A DNA stretch of 64,000 nucleotides, from positions 66,954-130,953 of the forward strand of contig JAAEQW010000256.1 in the NCBI GenBank assembly GCA_024231025.1, written 5' to 3'. The notes below the pieces were generated by a model that saw only the letters and a list, made by a program, of their open reading frames with translations, ran no database searches and was not told the DNA's origin. The translations under genes and the position numbers were made by a program. Below, one piece after another: positions 1 through 10,580 of the stretch. Numbering within the stretch: the first letter of the stretch is position 1; every line of letters starts with the position of its first letter. Source of the stretch: Candidatus Omnitrophota bacterium. GTDB lineage: Bacteria; Omnitrophota; Gorgyraeia; Duberdicusellales; 4484-171.

Positions 1-282
1 GCCAAAAATGGGCAGGGGCAGAAAATTTCTCTTTTTGGCCGTTGGAAAATCAACAAAACCAGATTAGAATTTTCAGTCGATAAGCAAACCCTACGTTTTA
101 TACTTAACAAAAAGCTAACCAACACTCGTGATATATGCTTTCGGTTGGTCGATAAGAAGAATGAACCTCTCGGTTATGAATTAATTTTCAGAAAAAAGAT
201 CCTCAAAACCTGCTCCTTCTACATAAAAGCCAAAACCGGCAAGAAAGAACAACTCCAAGTTGGCTTCCACTTCCCTTTCTAA
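1..282 (+). CDS. 3' end of a hypothetical protein truncated by the window edge; possible outer-membrane beta-barrel C-terminus
   Basis: Frame 1 is open from base 1 to TAA at 280-282 and ends ...EQLQVGFHFPF (alternating hydrophobic residues, terminal Phe). Absent from the ORF track because it has no start. Confidence 0.6.
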   Translation, partial: AKNGQGQKISLFGRWKINKTRLEFSVDKQTLRFILNKKLTNTRDICFRLVDKKNEPLGYELIFRKKILKTCSFYIKAKTGKKEQLQVGFHFPF

Positions 283-284
283 TA

Positions 285-358
285 AATTCGGGACACATCC
301 CAAATAAATCAACAACACTCTTTCCAACAACCTGCCTTTCAATGGCTTGCGCGTTTAA
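285..358 (+). repeat. ~74-bp direct repeat, copy A, starting with REP AATTCGGGACACATCCC
   Basis: Matches 7726-7799 with 6 mismatches by eye. Confidence 0.9.
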
Positions 359-473
359 TGGTTTATGCTATTAAAGTGTAATCAGTTATAGGCTGTAAGC
401 GCTTACAAAAAAGGGTAAATAAACGCTATATACTGTCGTTTTTTAAATATAGATATGGTATATATTATACGGT

Positions 474-3400
474 ATGGGCTATAGCTATGTTAATAGATCT
501 AGATTTATGATGAAAAAAGCTAAGATATCTTTTGAGTTAGTTTGCTTGGGGATTGTTTTTTGTTTTCTGACCGGCTTAGGTTTGTCGGGATTAATGAAAG
601 ATATCGCACTCAAGAAAGTTAACTCTGTTGCATTTCAGGATAATCTTGATCTTCCGGCCCCAGGAGCAATGGTAAAACAAACTTCCGATTTTGCTCCTGC
701 CAAACTCAAAGGCATTAAGATCTTTCCCGACAATCCGCTAAAATTCGATTTTGTTATTGATTGCGGAAACACCAACCTGGAAAGAAAAGAGTTAGAAGAA
801 GAATCCGCAAAGCTAATTAAATATTTTTTAGCTTCCTTAACCGTGCCGGAAAAGGAACTATGGGTTAACCTTTCACCTTATGAAGCAAATCGTGTTATCC
901 CCGAGAAGCTTGGTCAAACCGAAATGGGGAAAGATTTGTTAGCCCAGGATTATATCCTAAAACAACTTACCGCTTCTTTGATGTATCCCGAGGACGAAAT
1001 AGGTCAAACATTTTGGGACCGTGTTTACGCCAAAGCTAACGAGCTTTACGGCACAAGTAAGATTGCGGTTAACACCTTTCACAAGGTGTGGATTGTGCCG
1101 GATAAAGCGGTAGTTTATCAAAGCGGCGACACTGCTTTTATAATAGAGAGCCATTTGAAAGTAATGCTTGAAAGTGATTACCTTGCATTAGCAAATGCTG
1201 AATCTGTAGGGGCGGCTAGTCAGCCGCCCGCTGAAGAAACAAACGACATTTCATCAGAAGTCATGAGAGAGGTGATTCTTCCCGAAATAGAAAAAGAGAT
1301 AAATAGTGGAGAGAATTTCGCCAACCTGCGCCAGATTTATCAGTCTTTAATCTTAGCCGCATGGTTTAAACGCAATCTTAAAGAGAATTCATTGGCGAAA
1401 GTTTATGCTGACGAAAATAAAGTCGGCGGAGTTCAGATTAAGGACAAAACAATAAAGAAAAAGATATATGATCGATATGTTGAGGCTTATAAAAGAGGTG
1501 TGTATAACTACATTAAGAAAGATTATGACATAGCTTCAAAGAAATTTATTAAACGAAAGTATTTTTCCGGTGGTTTTGAAGGCAAAATGGATGATGCTTT
1601 AAGGGTTGAGGGCAAAAGTCAAGATGAGACCGCAGTTGCAGTTCGTGATACCCAAAAAGGCTCACTTGAGACAGTGTCGGTTACTTTAGATCCAGTGCGA
1701 AATTTAGATCGTCTACGCGAAAAATTAGTTGAGATTGCGCAAGACAAACGCAATGATTTGCCGCCTGATGCCAGCGAAGATCAAATTATGGTGCATATCA
1801 TTGATTCCCTAAAGGCGCGCCAATCGCGTGAGGGCGAGCTTATTCGAGAAGTTACCAAAAAAGATGGAACGATCGTTGTTGAAATCGACGACACAATAAA
1901 AGATGAACTTCTTGGCCGAGCAATTCAGAAAGAGGTTATTGACCGACCAGGGGGGGTTAAGGCGGTTAATTTTAAAGATTCAAATGATGTTTGGAGGGTT
2001 GTTGGTTTTTCTAGCGAATTAACAGAAGATCAACTTCGCGATGAACTTGAAGAAGTTCGGCTTCGTCGTGATAAAGGCATGAATTGGATACAGGCTTTTA
2101 ACGCGGTCAGGCGTAAATTCCATGGTGGCAAGGGCCAGATTGATCAAGGAAGAGCCCAAGAGTACGCGGTAGGCAGAAGAGATGTTTTAAGTGCAAGCGT
2201 AAGTGCCGCTGGTGGTAAGGAAAATATTGTTGCCTTTGGTAAAATAGTGTCAGCGCTTAGAAATCACATCGGCAAACCTGGGTCAACACTTTATGAGGAT
2301 ATAAAAGGTCGCATTTTAAAGGGAGGAACCCCCATTCGTAGCGGTGATAATATAGGCAATCAAAGTAGTGTTGCAACGATGGGGACATTTATTGATGAGC
2401 ATTTTTCTCTTCCAGAAGAAGCTATACGCGAAATTATCACCAATGCATATGATAGTATGCGTAGCGAGCCAAATCCCGAAAGCAGGGAAGTCCAGGTCCA
2501 AATTAATAATGGATATATGAGTGTATCTGATGACGGAAGTGGAATGAGCCTTGATACGATATTAAAGAAATTTTATCCCCCATTTGAAGGAGAAAAAAGT
2601 GGTGCAGTTTTGTCTCAAATAAGGGACATTATTAACGATGAAGAAGCAGATAAGATTTCGCGTATTCGCGAATTCATTAAATCACTAGTTCTTTCTGAGC
2701 TTTCGGATACCGAAAGAAATTCTATAAAAGATGTGCAAAGCAGGTTAGGTGGTTTGACTTCAGATGGTGGTCAGCTCATCAAGACCATTAACAGTCTTAT
2801 TACTTTTACAGGTCGTTTTGGGATCGGATTCGAATCACTTCTCTACTTTGTGAAATCTGAAGAGGATTTTATTGAAATTATTACCTCTACCGGTAAAGAA
2901 GCACATCGGATTAAATTTTTCTGGGTTAATGGAGAGCTGCAAACAGGCGTTGATGTTCTTGATCCTCAAACAACCGCTAAAGGCACGAAGGTAACCTTGC
3001 AAAGCAGTAGATTTAATAAAGATAATGCACGAGGGGTAGTCAATCGGTATCTTAGTTTTAATTCTAACGCAAGAATTAATGTCAGCGTTGATGGTCAAGC
3101 AGCCGAATTTATTAATCGAGAAGTGTTTGACCCAATGAATTTTACTCACGTAAGTGGCGATGCGCAGGTAGAGGCATTTTATTCAAAGGCAGAAAATACT
3201 ACCGGAAGGTCAACCGTGCGCATTAATGTTCATGGCGTAACTATTTTGACCAAAGAAATCGAAGGGTATGGATTACCATCCGAGGTTATTTTTAATTTTC
3301 CTGCACAAATTGGTTTGCCGATATCGCGCAATAAAATTCAGGTTAATGAGCTTTTCATTGAAAAGGCAAAGGATATGTTGCAAATGATTGCACCAGAACC

Positions 3401-6400
3401 TAAGTTGATGAGCGCGTTTTATCCTTTGATTGCGATACTAGAATCTAGCGCGAAAGCATCCGAACGTAATGTATTGGCTCAGGCTGCCGCTGATGCTGCT
3501 TATTCTGCATGGGAGGATGAATTTTTAGTTTATTTGCCTAATGGAGAAGAGCACTCTAAAGTAAAGCATGAAAATGTGGTTTTGGTAGATCCAAAATTAA
3601 TGCGTGTGTTATCTTTGAGAGGTTTTAGAAATTCTTATTTCGGCATAGCCGAATTACTAAAGCTTACTTCAGGAGAATATCCAAAAGTCGGAAACAAAAA
3701 TGTTTACATCGTTGATTTTGTCGATGAAACAAAAATGGTGACAACCAGCGATGCAATTTTGATTAATCGAAAATATGCTCCCCAAGTAGACGACGAAAAG
3801 GCTCTCTATAATGTCTTGTTAAAGCTAAACAAAGAAAAAGATCGCTTTGAATATAATTATCAGGAAGCAGCCGTCCAGAGACAAGAGGATGCTGATGCAA
3901 CGTTGGATCGTAGAATTGACGCATCTGATCCGATAGTAATTCAAGCATTGGATAGCCTGCCAGATGAAAGATCTAAAGAGCATTTTTTGAGCATAGTAAA
4001 TCGGTCTGAAAATGATGCTAAATTGGTAGGATATATTATGAATCCGGCAAGTTTTGTAAGTATCTATAACAGATTAAAAAGATTTTCGTTGCATGATGCT
4101 TTTGCGCTTAATTGGTCGGAATTTTACAGTAAGATTGTATGGAACGATCTTTCAGAAGACGATGATACTTTAGATTTTATTCTTGAAAATGAACGGATTG
4201 GAAAGTTGCAAGAATATTTTTTGGCACAAAACAGGTCAGAGTTTACCATGGAGCTGCTTAATATACTCATAGGTAAAAATTTTCATCCGAACAGAGAGAA
4301 TATTTCGAGGCAAGTATTGAATGATGAATTAGATAGATTGTGGGAATTGCGCGAATTTTTGAATAAAAAAACTGTTAATCTCATCATGCGTGCGACACTT
4401 CTTGATGCCGATACTTATCAGGAATTCAGAAATAGATTGGTAGCCGATAGAGATACGGGTGGAATTAAGCTTGACGATTTAAGCCAAACAGAATGGGAAG
4501 TATTAAATAAAGTTGATTGGAATAGTTTCGATTCATCAAGTGAGATCCCTTTTCAGTTGTTTTTGGATGGTAATCTTGCAGCGGTAAGAAGAATAGCAGA
4601 AATTTCTGCGAGATTGAATCGAGCATTTATGGAAAGAAGAGCCAATATTTCACTTGCGACTAGTATGTGCAACATGCTCGATGAGGAGATCGGGAGGTTT
4701 ATTAGTAGCGGAAAGTATATTGATATAAGTGAATTAGAGATGGGCTATGGGAATGTGTTTTGTCTTCCATATTATTTTCAGTTTTTCTATGGGGATGGTT
4801 GGAGAGAAAAACTTAACGTATATTTGGAATTAGAAATGAGAGGAAGAGAAATATGGAGTCTTGAGAAAATTATGGCGTCAACCATTCCAATAGAGCAGAA
4901 AATGAGGTTATTAGAAGCAGTGATAGAAAGTGTTAGTGCTTTAGAGAGTGAAGTAGATAGTTTTTTAGAGTTTCCGTTTGAATTTGATGGCGAATTGCTT
5001 CAGGAGATAGAAAATCCAGCGTTGTTTATTCAATTTATTTCAGGTTTTCCGTTATTTGATGAAGCGTTTCTTAACAGAAAGCATTTGTCTGATCAACAGA
5101 ATGAAAGCATTCCTTTTGGATATCAATACCTCTTAAGATATGAAAAAGAAATTTTGCGTAAAATTATTACGGTCTTTCATCATGTTAGCAATTTGCCAAA
5201 TGATGAATACGTGCGGACACAAGAAGACCTCAAGCGTTACTTCAAAAAGGGTTCTGTTACCGGTCGCATCGCGCCGTATGTCCAGTATCTTTTAAATGCC
5301 CAAGATGTTAAAGATGTCGAGGGGCGAGAATTAAAAGTTACCCCACAACGTAAGTTTGCTCTTGTTGATTTGTATGATACTTATCTTGAGAATTCATCAG
5401 AGCAAGAATCTCACGAAGAAACTGCTGGCCGAAATGGAGATTTCACTAGTGTTGATCAACGCGTCAGTAGGGCCGCTCAACGATCATCTGAGAAAAGAGA
5501 TGAAGAGAGGCAAAAATTACTGAGAAATACCTTTAGAGCTGCGGCCCAACAGTCTGTTGATGATCTGGTACTGATTCGTGAGGCCATCCAAAATGTTATT
5601 GATGAAACGCCTGCCGGTGCCGACGCACAAAAAGTTTCCATTAATGTTTATCGAAAACGAGTAGCTTTAGGTGAAGAGTTAACCGTTATCGATATCCAAG
5701 ATATGATTGGTATGAATGCTGAGCGGCTTTTTAATAAACTGCTTATGCCATTTTCGAGCAGTAAAAAGGATTCTAAAAAGTTTCTTGGCAAACAAGGTCA
5801 GGGGTTTTTTACTTTGCTTGCTAACTCAGAGTATGTAATGCTTAAGACTGTAAAAGATGGTAGGGTTTGTATTTTAAAGATAACGCCGGAGAAGCTCAAT
5901 GGTCAGGTGGTTGATTTTTTTGTCAAAGAAGAGCAAAGAGACGCCTTCGCCGACGAAAGCAATGGGACTCATATCCAAGCAACTGTAAGAGCTGATTTGC
6001 CAGGTCTTGAAGCAGTGAGGGTTAGTGTTGCTGGACAAAAATATGCTGCTTTGGTTGATCCAGAAAGGTTGGCGGTAGAGATTAATGGAGAGCAGGTCAA
6101 CGCCAATAGTGGCCGCAAACTTGCCGTGGAAGAAACACGTTATGGAGATGTGGAATTTTATTCGATTTCAGGCGAATCATTTATGGCGTTGGGGGGGCCT
6201 TTTGTGAAACCCATTGATGATGATTTCATGGCTTTAGTGCCGCCGGCTCTTCGTAAAGTTCTTTTGGAAAATGGTTTTGCCGTTAATTTACCATTTCAAA
6301 ATATTAGACGTATTCAAGGCGGCAGTGATATTGCTAATAAAGAGGAGATATATGAAAACATAGAAGATCCTGTGGCTAGAGGTACTATAAAGCTTGTTAT

Positions 6401-7727
6401 CGCTATGTTTGCCCGGGGCGACATTCAGTCTTTAGGCTTGTTTGGACATGATTACTATAATTGGGCTTATAATGACCAAGCAGCAGAAGATGCTCATGCG
6501 ATCATGGATGGTTCGGCAGACATTGATGTTATGAGAGCTAGATATTTTTCTTTAGATCGATCAAATCAACTGGCAAAGTTATTACTAGCTTTACCTTTGG
6601 ATTTTCTTAATGATATTTTGGGGACACCGATGTCTATGGCTGAGCTTTTTGATAATTTTATAAGAAACAGATCGATGTTTACCGCTGAAATTATAGAAAA
6701 ATTACCACAACCTATCAAGGATGTTTTTGCGTTAATCGAAGAAAAAGAACGAAAAGAACAAACGCAACAGGAAGTTGCTAGAAATTTGGGGGTTCCTGAT
6801 GAGCTAATTAGTAGGGATTTTTCTTTACCAAACGAACAAGGGGATGGGATGGGCGCCTATTGGGCATTCATTGAAATGAGTAACCAAATTGCAAATGTTG
6901 CGTTAACAAGTATATCGAGAGAAACTCCTACCGAAACGTTTGGTGTTTTTCGAGATAGACTAGAATATTTACAAAGAAATCCCACTCAAGCAGGATATTA
7001 TGCAGAAGCAAATAGAATGTCAACGGCGCACGCACAACGGGGAGGGATATTCTATGCGTGGAATCTATTAGAACAAGGTAGATTTCTGGATTTATTTTCT
7101 CAGTATATGGGAAGGCAAATTACCCTTAATGAATTTTTAAATAAAGCATTTGAAGAGATGCTTGATACCTTAACGCATGAATTAATTCATATTCTTGAAG
7201 AGAGCGATGAAGAGACTCACAACGAAGTGTTTTTCGAACGCCAAAAGATCTTAGTTTCCGTTTTAATAGGTGAAAAAGAGAGGGTCACTGACATTCTTGA
7301 AGAGATTATAAGTAGCTCTCAATACGCTGATAATTTAGGGGATGTCTCGGTTAAAAATTTTCTTGAGCACATTGCTGGTCAACAAGGCAGCCATCGTGTT
7401 GAATTCGATAGGGTTGTTATTCCAGAACCAGAAGCAGTTGATTCACTTGAGATGTCGCCAACACCAGAAAATTCTGTTGTTTCATCTGAACTTATAAATT
7501 CGCAAAAAGAAAGCACTGGCGGTATCAATCTTGACCCTAGTGAGCTAGACTTCCAAATGCAAGGTGCAGAGTCAACAATTAAGCCATCTGTCAACTATCA
7601 CCATATTATTCAAGAAATACCGATTAACGGCTTTTCTCCAATTATTTTTCAGATTGCCCCCACTAACCTACCTCTTTTCCTCCAAAATTCGGGACACATC
7701 CCACATAACCGCCGCACTTATCTTTAA
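474..7727 (+). CDS. Giant exported protein: Omnitrophota-type N-terminal domain, two GHKL (HATPase_c/HSP90-like) modules, HEXXH motif, C-terminal GGINL motif
   Basis: N-terminal hydrophobic segment; PAKLKGIKIFPDNPLKFDF...RKYFSGG domain; GHKL boxes REIITNAYDS/DDGSGMS/GRFGIGF and REAIQNVIDE/QDMIGM/GKQGQGFF; THELIH...THNEVF; TGGINLDP...INGFSPIIFQI. True start may be at 507 or 510. Confidence 0.8.
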   Translation: MGYSYVNRSRFMMKKAKISFELVCLGIVFCFLTGLGLSGLMKDIALKKVNSVAFQDNLDLPAPGAMVKQTSDFAPAKLKGIKIFPDNPLKFDFVIDCGNTNLERKELEEESAKLIKYFLASLTVPEKELWVNLSPYEANRVIPEKLGQTEMGKDLLAQDYILKQLTASLMYPEDEIGQTFWDRVYAKANELYGTSKIAVNTFHKVWIVPDKAVVYQSGDTAFIIESHLKVMLESDYLALANAESVGAASQPPAEETNDISSEVMREVILPEIEKEINSGENFANLRQIYQSLILAAWFKRNLKENSLAKVYADENKVGGVQIKDKTIKKKIYDRYVEAYKRGVYNYIKKDYDIASKKFIKRKYFSGGFEGKMDDALRVEGKSQDETAVAVRDTQKGSLETVSVTLDPVRNLDRLREKLVEIAQDKRNDLPPDASEDQIMVHIIDSLKARQSREGELIREVTKKDGTIVVEIDDTIKDELLGRAIQKEVIDRPGGVKAVNFKDSNDVWRVVGFSSELTEDQLRDELEEVRLRRDKGMNWIQAFNAVRRKFHGGKGQIDQGRAQEYAVGRRDVLSASVSAAGGKENIVAFGKIVSALRNHIGKPGSTLYEDIKGRILKGGTPIRSGDNIGNQSSVATMGTFIDEHFSLPEEAIREIITNAYDSMRSEPNPESREVQVQINNGYMSVSDDGSGMSLDTILKKFYPPFEGEKSGAVLSQIRDIINDEEADKISRIREFIKSLVLSELSDTERNSIKDVQSRLGGLTSDGGQLIKTINSLITFTGRFGIGFESLLYFVKSEEDFIEIITSTGKEAHRIKFFWVNGELQTGVDVLDPQTTAKGTKVTLQSSRFNKDNARGVVNRYLSFNSNARINVSVDGQAAEFINREVFDPMNFTHVSGDAQVEAFYSKAENTTGRSTVRINVHGVTILTKEIEGYGLPSEVIFNFPAQIGLPISRNKIQVNELFIEKAKDMLQMIAPEPKLMSAFYPLIAILESSAKASERNVLAQAAADAAYSAWEDEFLVYLPNGEEHSKVKHENVVLVDPKLMRVLSLRGFRNSYFGIAELLKLTSGEYPKVGNKNVYIVDFVDETKMVTTSDAILINRKYAPQVDDEKALYNVLLKLNKEKDRFEYNYQEAAVQRQEDADATLDRRIDASDPIVIQALDSLPDERSKEHFLSIVNRSENDAKLVGYIMNPASFVSIYNRLKRFSLHDAFALNWSEFYSKIVWNDLSEDDDTLDFILENERIGKLQEYFLAQNRSEFTMELLNILIGKNFHPNRENISRQVLNDELDRLWELREFLNKKTVNLIMRATLLDADTYQEFRNRLVADRDTGGIKLDDLSQTEWEVLNKVDWNSFDSSSEIPFQLFLDGNLAAVRRIAEISARLNRAFMERRANISLATSMCNMLDEEIGRFISSGKYIDISELEMGYGNVFCLPYYFQFFYGDGWREKLNVYLELEMRGREIWSLEKIMASTIPIEQKMRLLEAVIESVSALESEVDSFLEFPFEFDGELLQEIENPALFIQFISGFPLFDEAFLNRKHLSDQQNESIPFGYQYLLRYEKEILRKIITVFHHVSNLPNDEYVRTQEDLKRYFKKGSVTGRIAPYVQYLLNAQDVKDVEGRELKVTPQRKFALVDLYDTYLENSSEQESHEETAGRNGDFTSVDQRVSRAAQRSSEKRDEERQKLLRNTFRAAAQQSVDDLVLIREAIQNVIDETPAGADAQKVSINVYRKRVALGEELTVIDIQDMIGMNAERLFNKLLMPFSSSKKDSKKFLGKQGQGFFTLLANSEYVMLKTVKDGRVCILKITPEKLNGQVVDFFVKEEQRDAFADESNGTHIQATVRADLPGLEAVRVSVAGQKYAALVDPERLAVEINGEQVNANSGRKLAVEETRYGDVEFYSISGESFMALGGPFVKPIDDDFMALVPPALRKVLLENGFAVNLPFQNIRRIQGGSDIANKEEIYENIEDPVARGTIKLVIAMFARGDIQSLGLFGHDYYNWAYNDQAAEDAHAIMDGSADIDVMRARYFSLDRSNQLAKLLLALPLDFLNDILGTPMSMAELFDNFIRNRSMFTAEIIEKLPQPIKDVFALIEEKERKEQTQQEVARNLGVPDELISRDFSLPNEQGDGMGAYWAFIEMSNQIANVALTSISRETPTETFGVFRDRLEYLQRNPTQAGYYAEANRMSTAHAQRGGIFYAWNLLEQGRFLDLFSQYMGRQITLNEFLNKAFEEMLDTLTHELIHILEESDEETHNEVFFERQKILVSVLIGEKERVTDILEEIISSSQYADNLGDVSVKNFLEHIAGQQGSHRVEFDRVVIPEPEAVDSLEMSPTPENSVVSSELINSQKESTGGINLDPSELDFQMQGAESTIKPSVNYHHIIQEIPINGFSPIIFQIAPTNLPLFLQNSGHIPHNRRTYL
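1206..1229 (+). repeat. GTAG-type REP palindrome in frame inside the giant gene
   Basis: GTAG-GGGCGGCT-AGTC-AGCCGCCC, translated as VGAASQPP. Confidence 0.7.
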
Positions 7728-7799
7728 TTCGGGACACATCCCAAATAAATCAGGAACACTCTTTCCAACAACCTGCCTCCCAATGGCTTACGTGTTTAA
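7686..7799 (+). repeat. REP copy (7686-7702) plus ~74-bp direct repeat copy B (7726-7799)
   Basis: AATTCGGGACACATCCC occurs twice; the second copy continues as the match to 285-358. Confidence 0.9.
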
Positions 7800-7912
7800 A
7801 TGCATTATTTGCTCAATACCTCCAAAAATACATGCAAAATGGAGGTATGCGTTCCAAATTGAATAGATTAATAACCATAAATATTTGAAACGGGACATTT
7901 CTAAATTGGTTT

Positions 7913-8669
7913 AATTCGGGACACATCCCATTTTTCTTGAAAATGACTAATTTTGTGGTATAGTTCTTGCCATGTCAAGAATAGCAAGGCTAGTTGCGGT
8001 TGATTATCCCCACCATATTATTCAAAGAGGAAATAATCGGAGAAATGTTTTTTTGTCTGATGACGACAGACAGCACTACTTAAGATTATTAGCTAAGTAT
8101 AGTGAAGAATGTGCATGCAAGGTGAAAGCCTTTTGCTTAATGAGTAACCATGTTCACTTGCTGTTAGTTCCAACCGACAAAACTGCACTGGCTAAAGCAA
8201 TGCAAAAAATAAGTTTAAGTTATACGCAATATGTAAATCGAAAATATAAACGAACTGGAAGGCTATGGGAATGTAGGTTTCATTCAAGTATTGTGGATGA
8301 TGATATATATTTATTGTCCGTATGCCGATACATTGAAAAGAATCCGACAAGGGCAGGTGTTGCAAAGAGGGCAGAATCTTATAGATGGTCTAGCGTAAGA
8401 GTGAATACCAATACCACTAGCAGAGAATATAAATTTTTAGACCCCATATGGCGGGATTATAATATAGATTGTCAGCAATATAAGAGCTTTTTAGAAGAAG
8501 ATGCGGCAGCTTATAGCATTAAAAATAAAAATATCACTCAATACACATACACGGGCAAACCATTAGGAAGTAAGGATTTTATAAAGAAGCTATCCGCAAC
8601 GCTAGGTCGAGAAATTTTAATTGAGAGGAAAAGGGGAAGGCCTGGGAAAAATGGGATGTGTCCCGAATT
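7913..8669. mobile_element. RAYT unit bounded by perfect 24-bp inverted repeats
   Basis: AATTCGGGACACATCCCATTTTTC at 7913-7936 and its reverse complement at 8646-8669. Confidence 0.85.
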
Positions 8670-8691
8670 TAAACAGCAGTTGTCTTTTTAA
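7972..8691 (+). CDS. REP-associated tyrosine transposase (Y1/HUH, IS200-like)
   Basis: HHIIQRGNNR, CLMSNHVHLL (HUH), RTGRLWECRF, RYIEKNP, YRWSS, KRGRP. Confidence 0.92.
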   Translation: MSRIARLVAVDYPHHIIQRGNNRRNVFLSDDDRQHYLRLLAKYSEECACKVKAFCLMSNHVHLLLVPTDKTALAKAMQKISLSYTQYVNRKYKRTGRLWECRFHSSIVDDDIYLLSVCRYIEKNPTRAGVAKRAESYRWSSVRVNTNTTSREYKFLDPIWRDYNIDCQQYKSFLEEDAAAYSIKNKNITQYTYTGKPLGSKDFIKKLSATLGREILIERKRGRPGKNGMCPEFKQQLSF

Positions 8692-8707
8692 TCTTAAATG
8701 ATATAAT
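8680..8707 (+). promoter_or_regulatory. Putative sigma70 promoter of the ilv operon
   Basis: TTGTCT-N16-TATAAT with an extended -10 TG. Confidence 0.5.
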
Positions 8708-8884
8708 TTATATTACCTATTTCTCGCATGCTACTATCGCATTTAGCGGGATCCTGACACGTGGTAGGAATAACTTACGATCGTACAAGAACCAAAGTAT
8801 ATTTGGCACTTTGGGGCGGAACCCTCAGTGCCAATAAAATTTAGGGAATCACCCTAGATAATTACAATTTTATTGGAGAAAATT

Positions 8885-10558
8885 ATGAAAGGTTCAAAAA
8901 TCTTAGTTGAAAGTCTTATCAAAGAGGGTGTAGACACAATATTTGGCTATCCTGGAGGGTCAGTTATTCCATTTTTTGATTCTCTTTATGATGCGCCAAT
9001 AAAATTTTATCTTACACGTCATGAACAGGCAGCTTCTCATGCCGCCGATGGTTATGCGCGTTTAACTGGAAGAGTTGGGGTTTGTGTTGCGACTTCAGGT
9101 CCTGGCGCAACCAACTTAACTACCGGTATTGCTACTGCGCATATGGATTCAGTTCCAATGGTTGCGATTACCGGCCAGGTAAAAACATCGTTAATTGGAA
9201 ATGATGCTTTTCAGGAGGCCGATGTTACTGGAGTTACTCGTTCAGTATCAAAGCATAATTATTTGGTAAAGGACATAAAGGATCTCGCGCCAACGGTAAA
9301 AGAAGCTTTTCATATTGCTAAAACCGGACGGCCCGGGCCGGTAGTTATAGACTTGCCGGTAGATATACAAATTCAAGATGCCGAGTTTGATTATCCTCGC
9401 GAGATTAATTTAAGAAGTTACAAGCCTACTTACTTTGGTCATCCCGGACAAATTAAAAGAGCAATTAGGCTAATTAATAAAGCTAAAAAGCCAGTAATCA
9501 TCGCCGGAGGAGGAGTATTAATTGCAAATGCTGCGGGTCAGCTCTTGAAATTTGCGCAAAAAATTAAAGCTCCGGTTACAACTACACTTATGGGGTTGGG
9601 TGGTTTTCCTTCTACTCATCCATTGGCTTTGGGAATGCCGGGGATGCACGGAACAATTTATGCTAACTTGGCAATTACTGAGTGCGATCTTCTTATTTCA
9701 GCAGGTTGCCGTTTCGATGACAGAGTTACCGGACGTCTTGACGCTTTTGCGCCTGGTGCGAAAATAATTCATATTGATATTGATCCAACTTCGATCAGTA
9801 AAAATGTTAAGGTTGATGTTCCGATTGTTGGTGATGCCAAAAATATATTGGGTCAACTAACTGAAGAGATTGATAAAGAAAAATTACCGGATGTGTCTGC
9901 TTGGAATAAAAAAGTAACTAGCTGGAAAAAAAAGCATCCGCTCAGCTACAAAAAAGGCGGCAAGAGAATTAAGCCGCAATTTATTTTAGAAGAGATTTAC
10001 CGCCAAACTAAAGGTAAAGCGGTTATTGTTACTGAAGTTGGTCAAAACCAAATGTGGGCAGCGCAATTTTATAAGTATGATTATCCGCGCCATTTTTTAT
10101 CGAGTGGAGGCCTTGGCACAATGGGCTATGGTTTTCCCGCGGCAATTGGCGCAAAGATTGCCGATCCTTCAAAACAGGTTTTAGACATTGCCGGGGATGG
10201 TTCGATACAGATGAACATTCAAGAACTTGCTACGGTTGCTGCTTATGACATTGGAGTAAAAATAATCATTCTTAATAATAACTATTTGGGAATGGTTAGG
10301 CAGTGGCAAGAACTTTTTTATGATCGCAGATATTCCGGAACACCTTTGGCCAATCCTGATTTTGTAAAACTTGCCGCTGCTTGTGGCGTTAAGGGGGTAA
10401 GAGTTAAAAAAGATGCCGAAGTTAAAACAGCGATCAAAAGCATTTTAGCAGCTAAAGGTCCTGTATTGGCAGATTTTTGGATTGAAGAAGAAGAGAATGT
10501 TTTTCCTATGGTTCCTGCTGGTGAGGCGATTAACCGAATGATAGGAGGGATGGCTTAA
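8885..10558 (+). CDS. ilvB: Acetolactate synthase large subunit
   Basis: [22 protein letters not shown]...NN ThDP motif; GGAGA RBS before ATG 8885. Confidence 0.97.
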   Translation: MKGSKILVESLIKEGVDTIFGYPGGSVIPFFDSLYDAPIKFYLTRHEQAASHAADGYARLTGRVGVCVATSGPGATNLTTGIATAHMDSVPMVAITGQVKTSLIGNDAFQEADVTGVTRSVSKHNYLVKDIKDLAPTVKEAFHIAKTGRPGPVVIDLPVDIQIQDAEFDYPREINLRSYKPTYFGHPGQIKRAIRLINKAKKPVIIAGGGVLIANAAGQLLKFAQKIKAPVTTTLMGLGGFPSTHPLALGMPGMHGTIYANLAITECDLLISAGCRFDDRVTGRLDAFAPGAKIIHIDIDPTSISKNVKVDVPIVGDAKNILGQLTEEIDKEKLPDVSAWNKKVTSWKKKHPLSYKKGGKRIKPQFILEEIYRQTKGKAVIVTEVGQNQMWAAQFYKYDYPRHFLSSGGLGTMGYGFPAAIGAKIADPSKQVLDIAGDGSIQMNIQELATVAAYDIGVKIIILNNNYLGMVRQWQELFYDRRYSGTPLANPDFVKLAAACGVKGVRVKKDAEVKTAIKSILAAKGPVLADFWIEEEENVFPMVPAGEAINRMIGGMA

Positions 10559-10580
10559 TTTAAAGTCATCGGGCCATTCT

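Noticed and set aside
7564-7866. 100-aa ORF overlapping the end of the giant gene
   Set aside because: It runs through REP and direct-repeat DNA in an alternative frame with no recognisable features.
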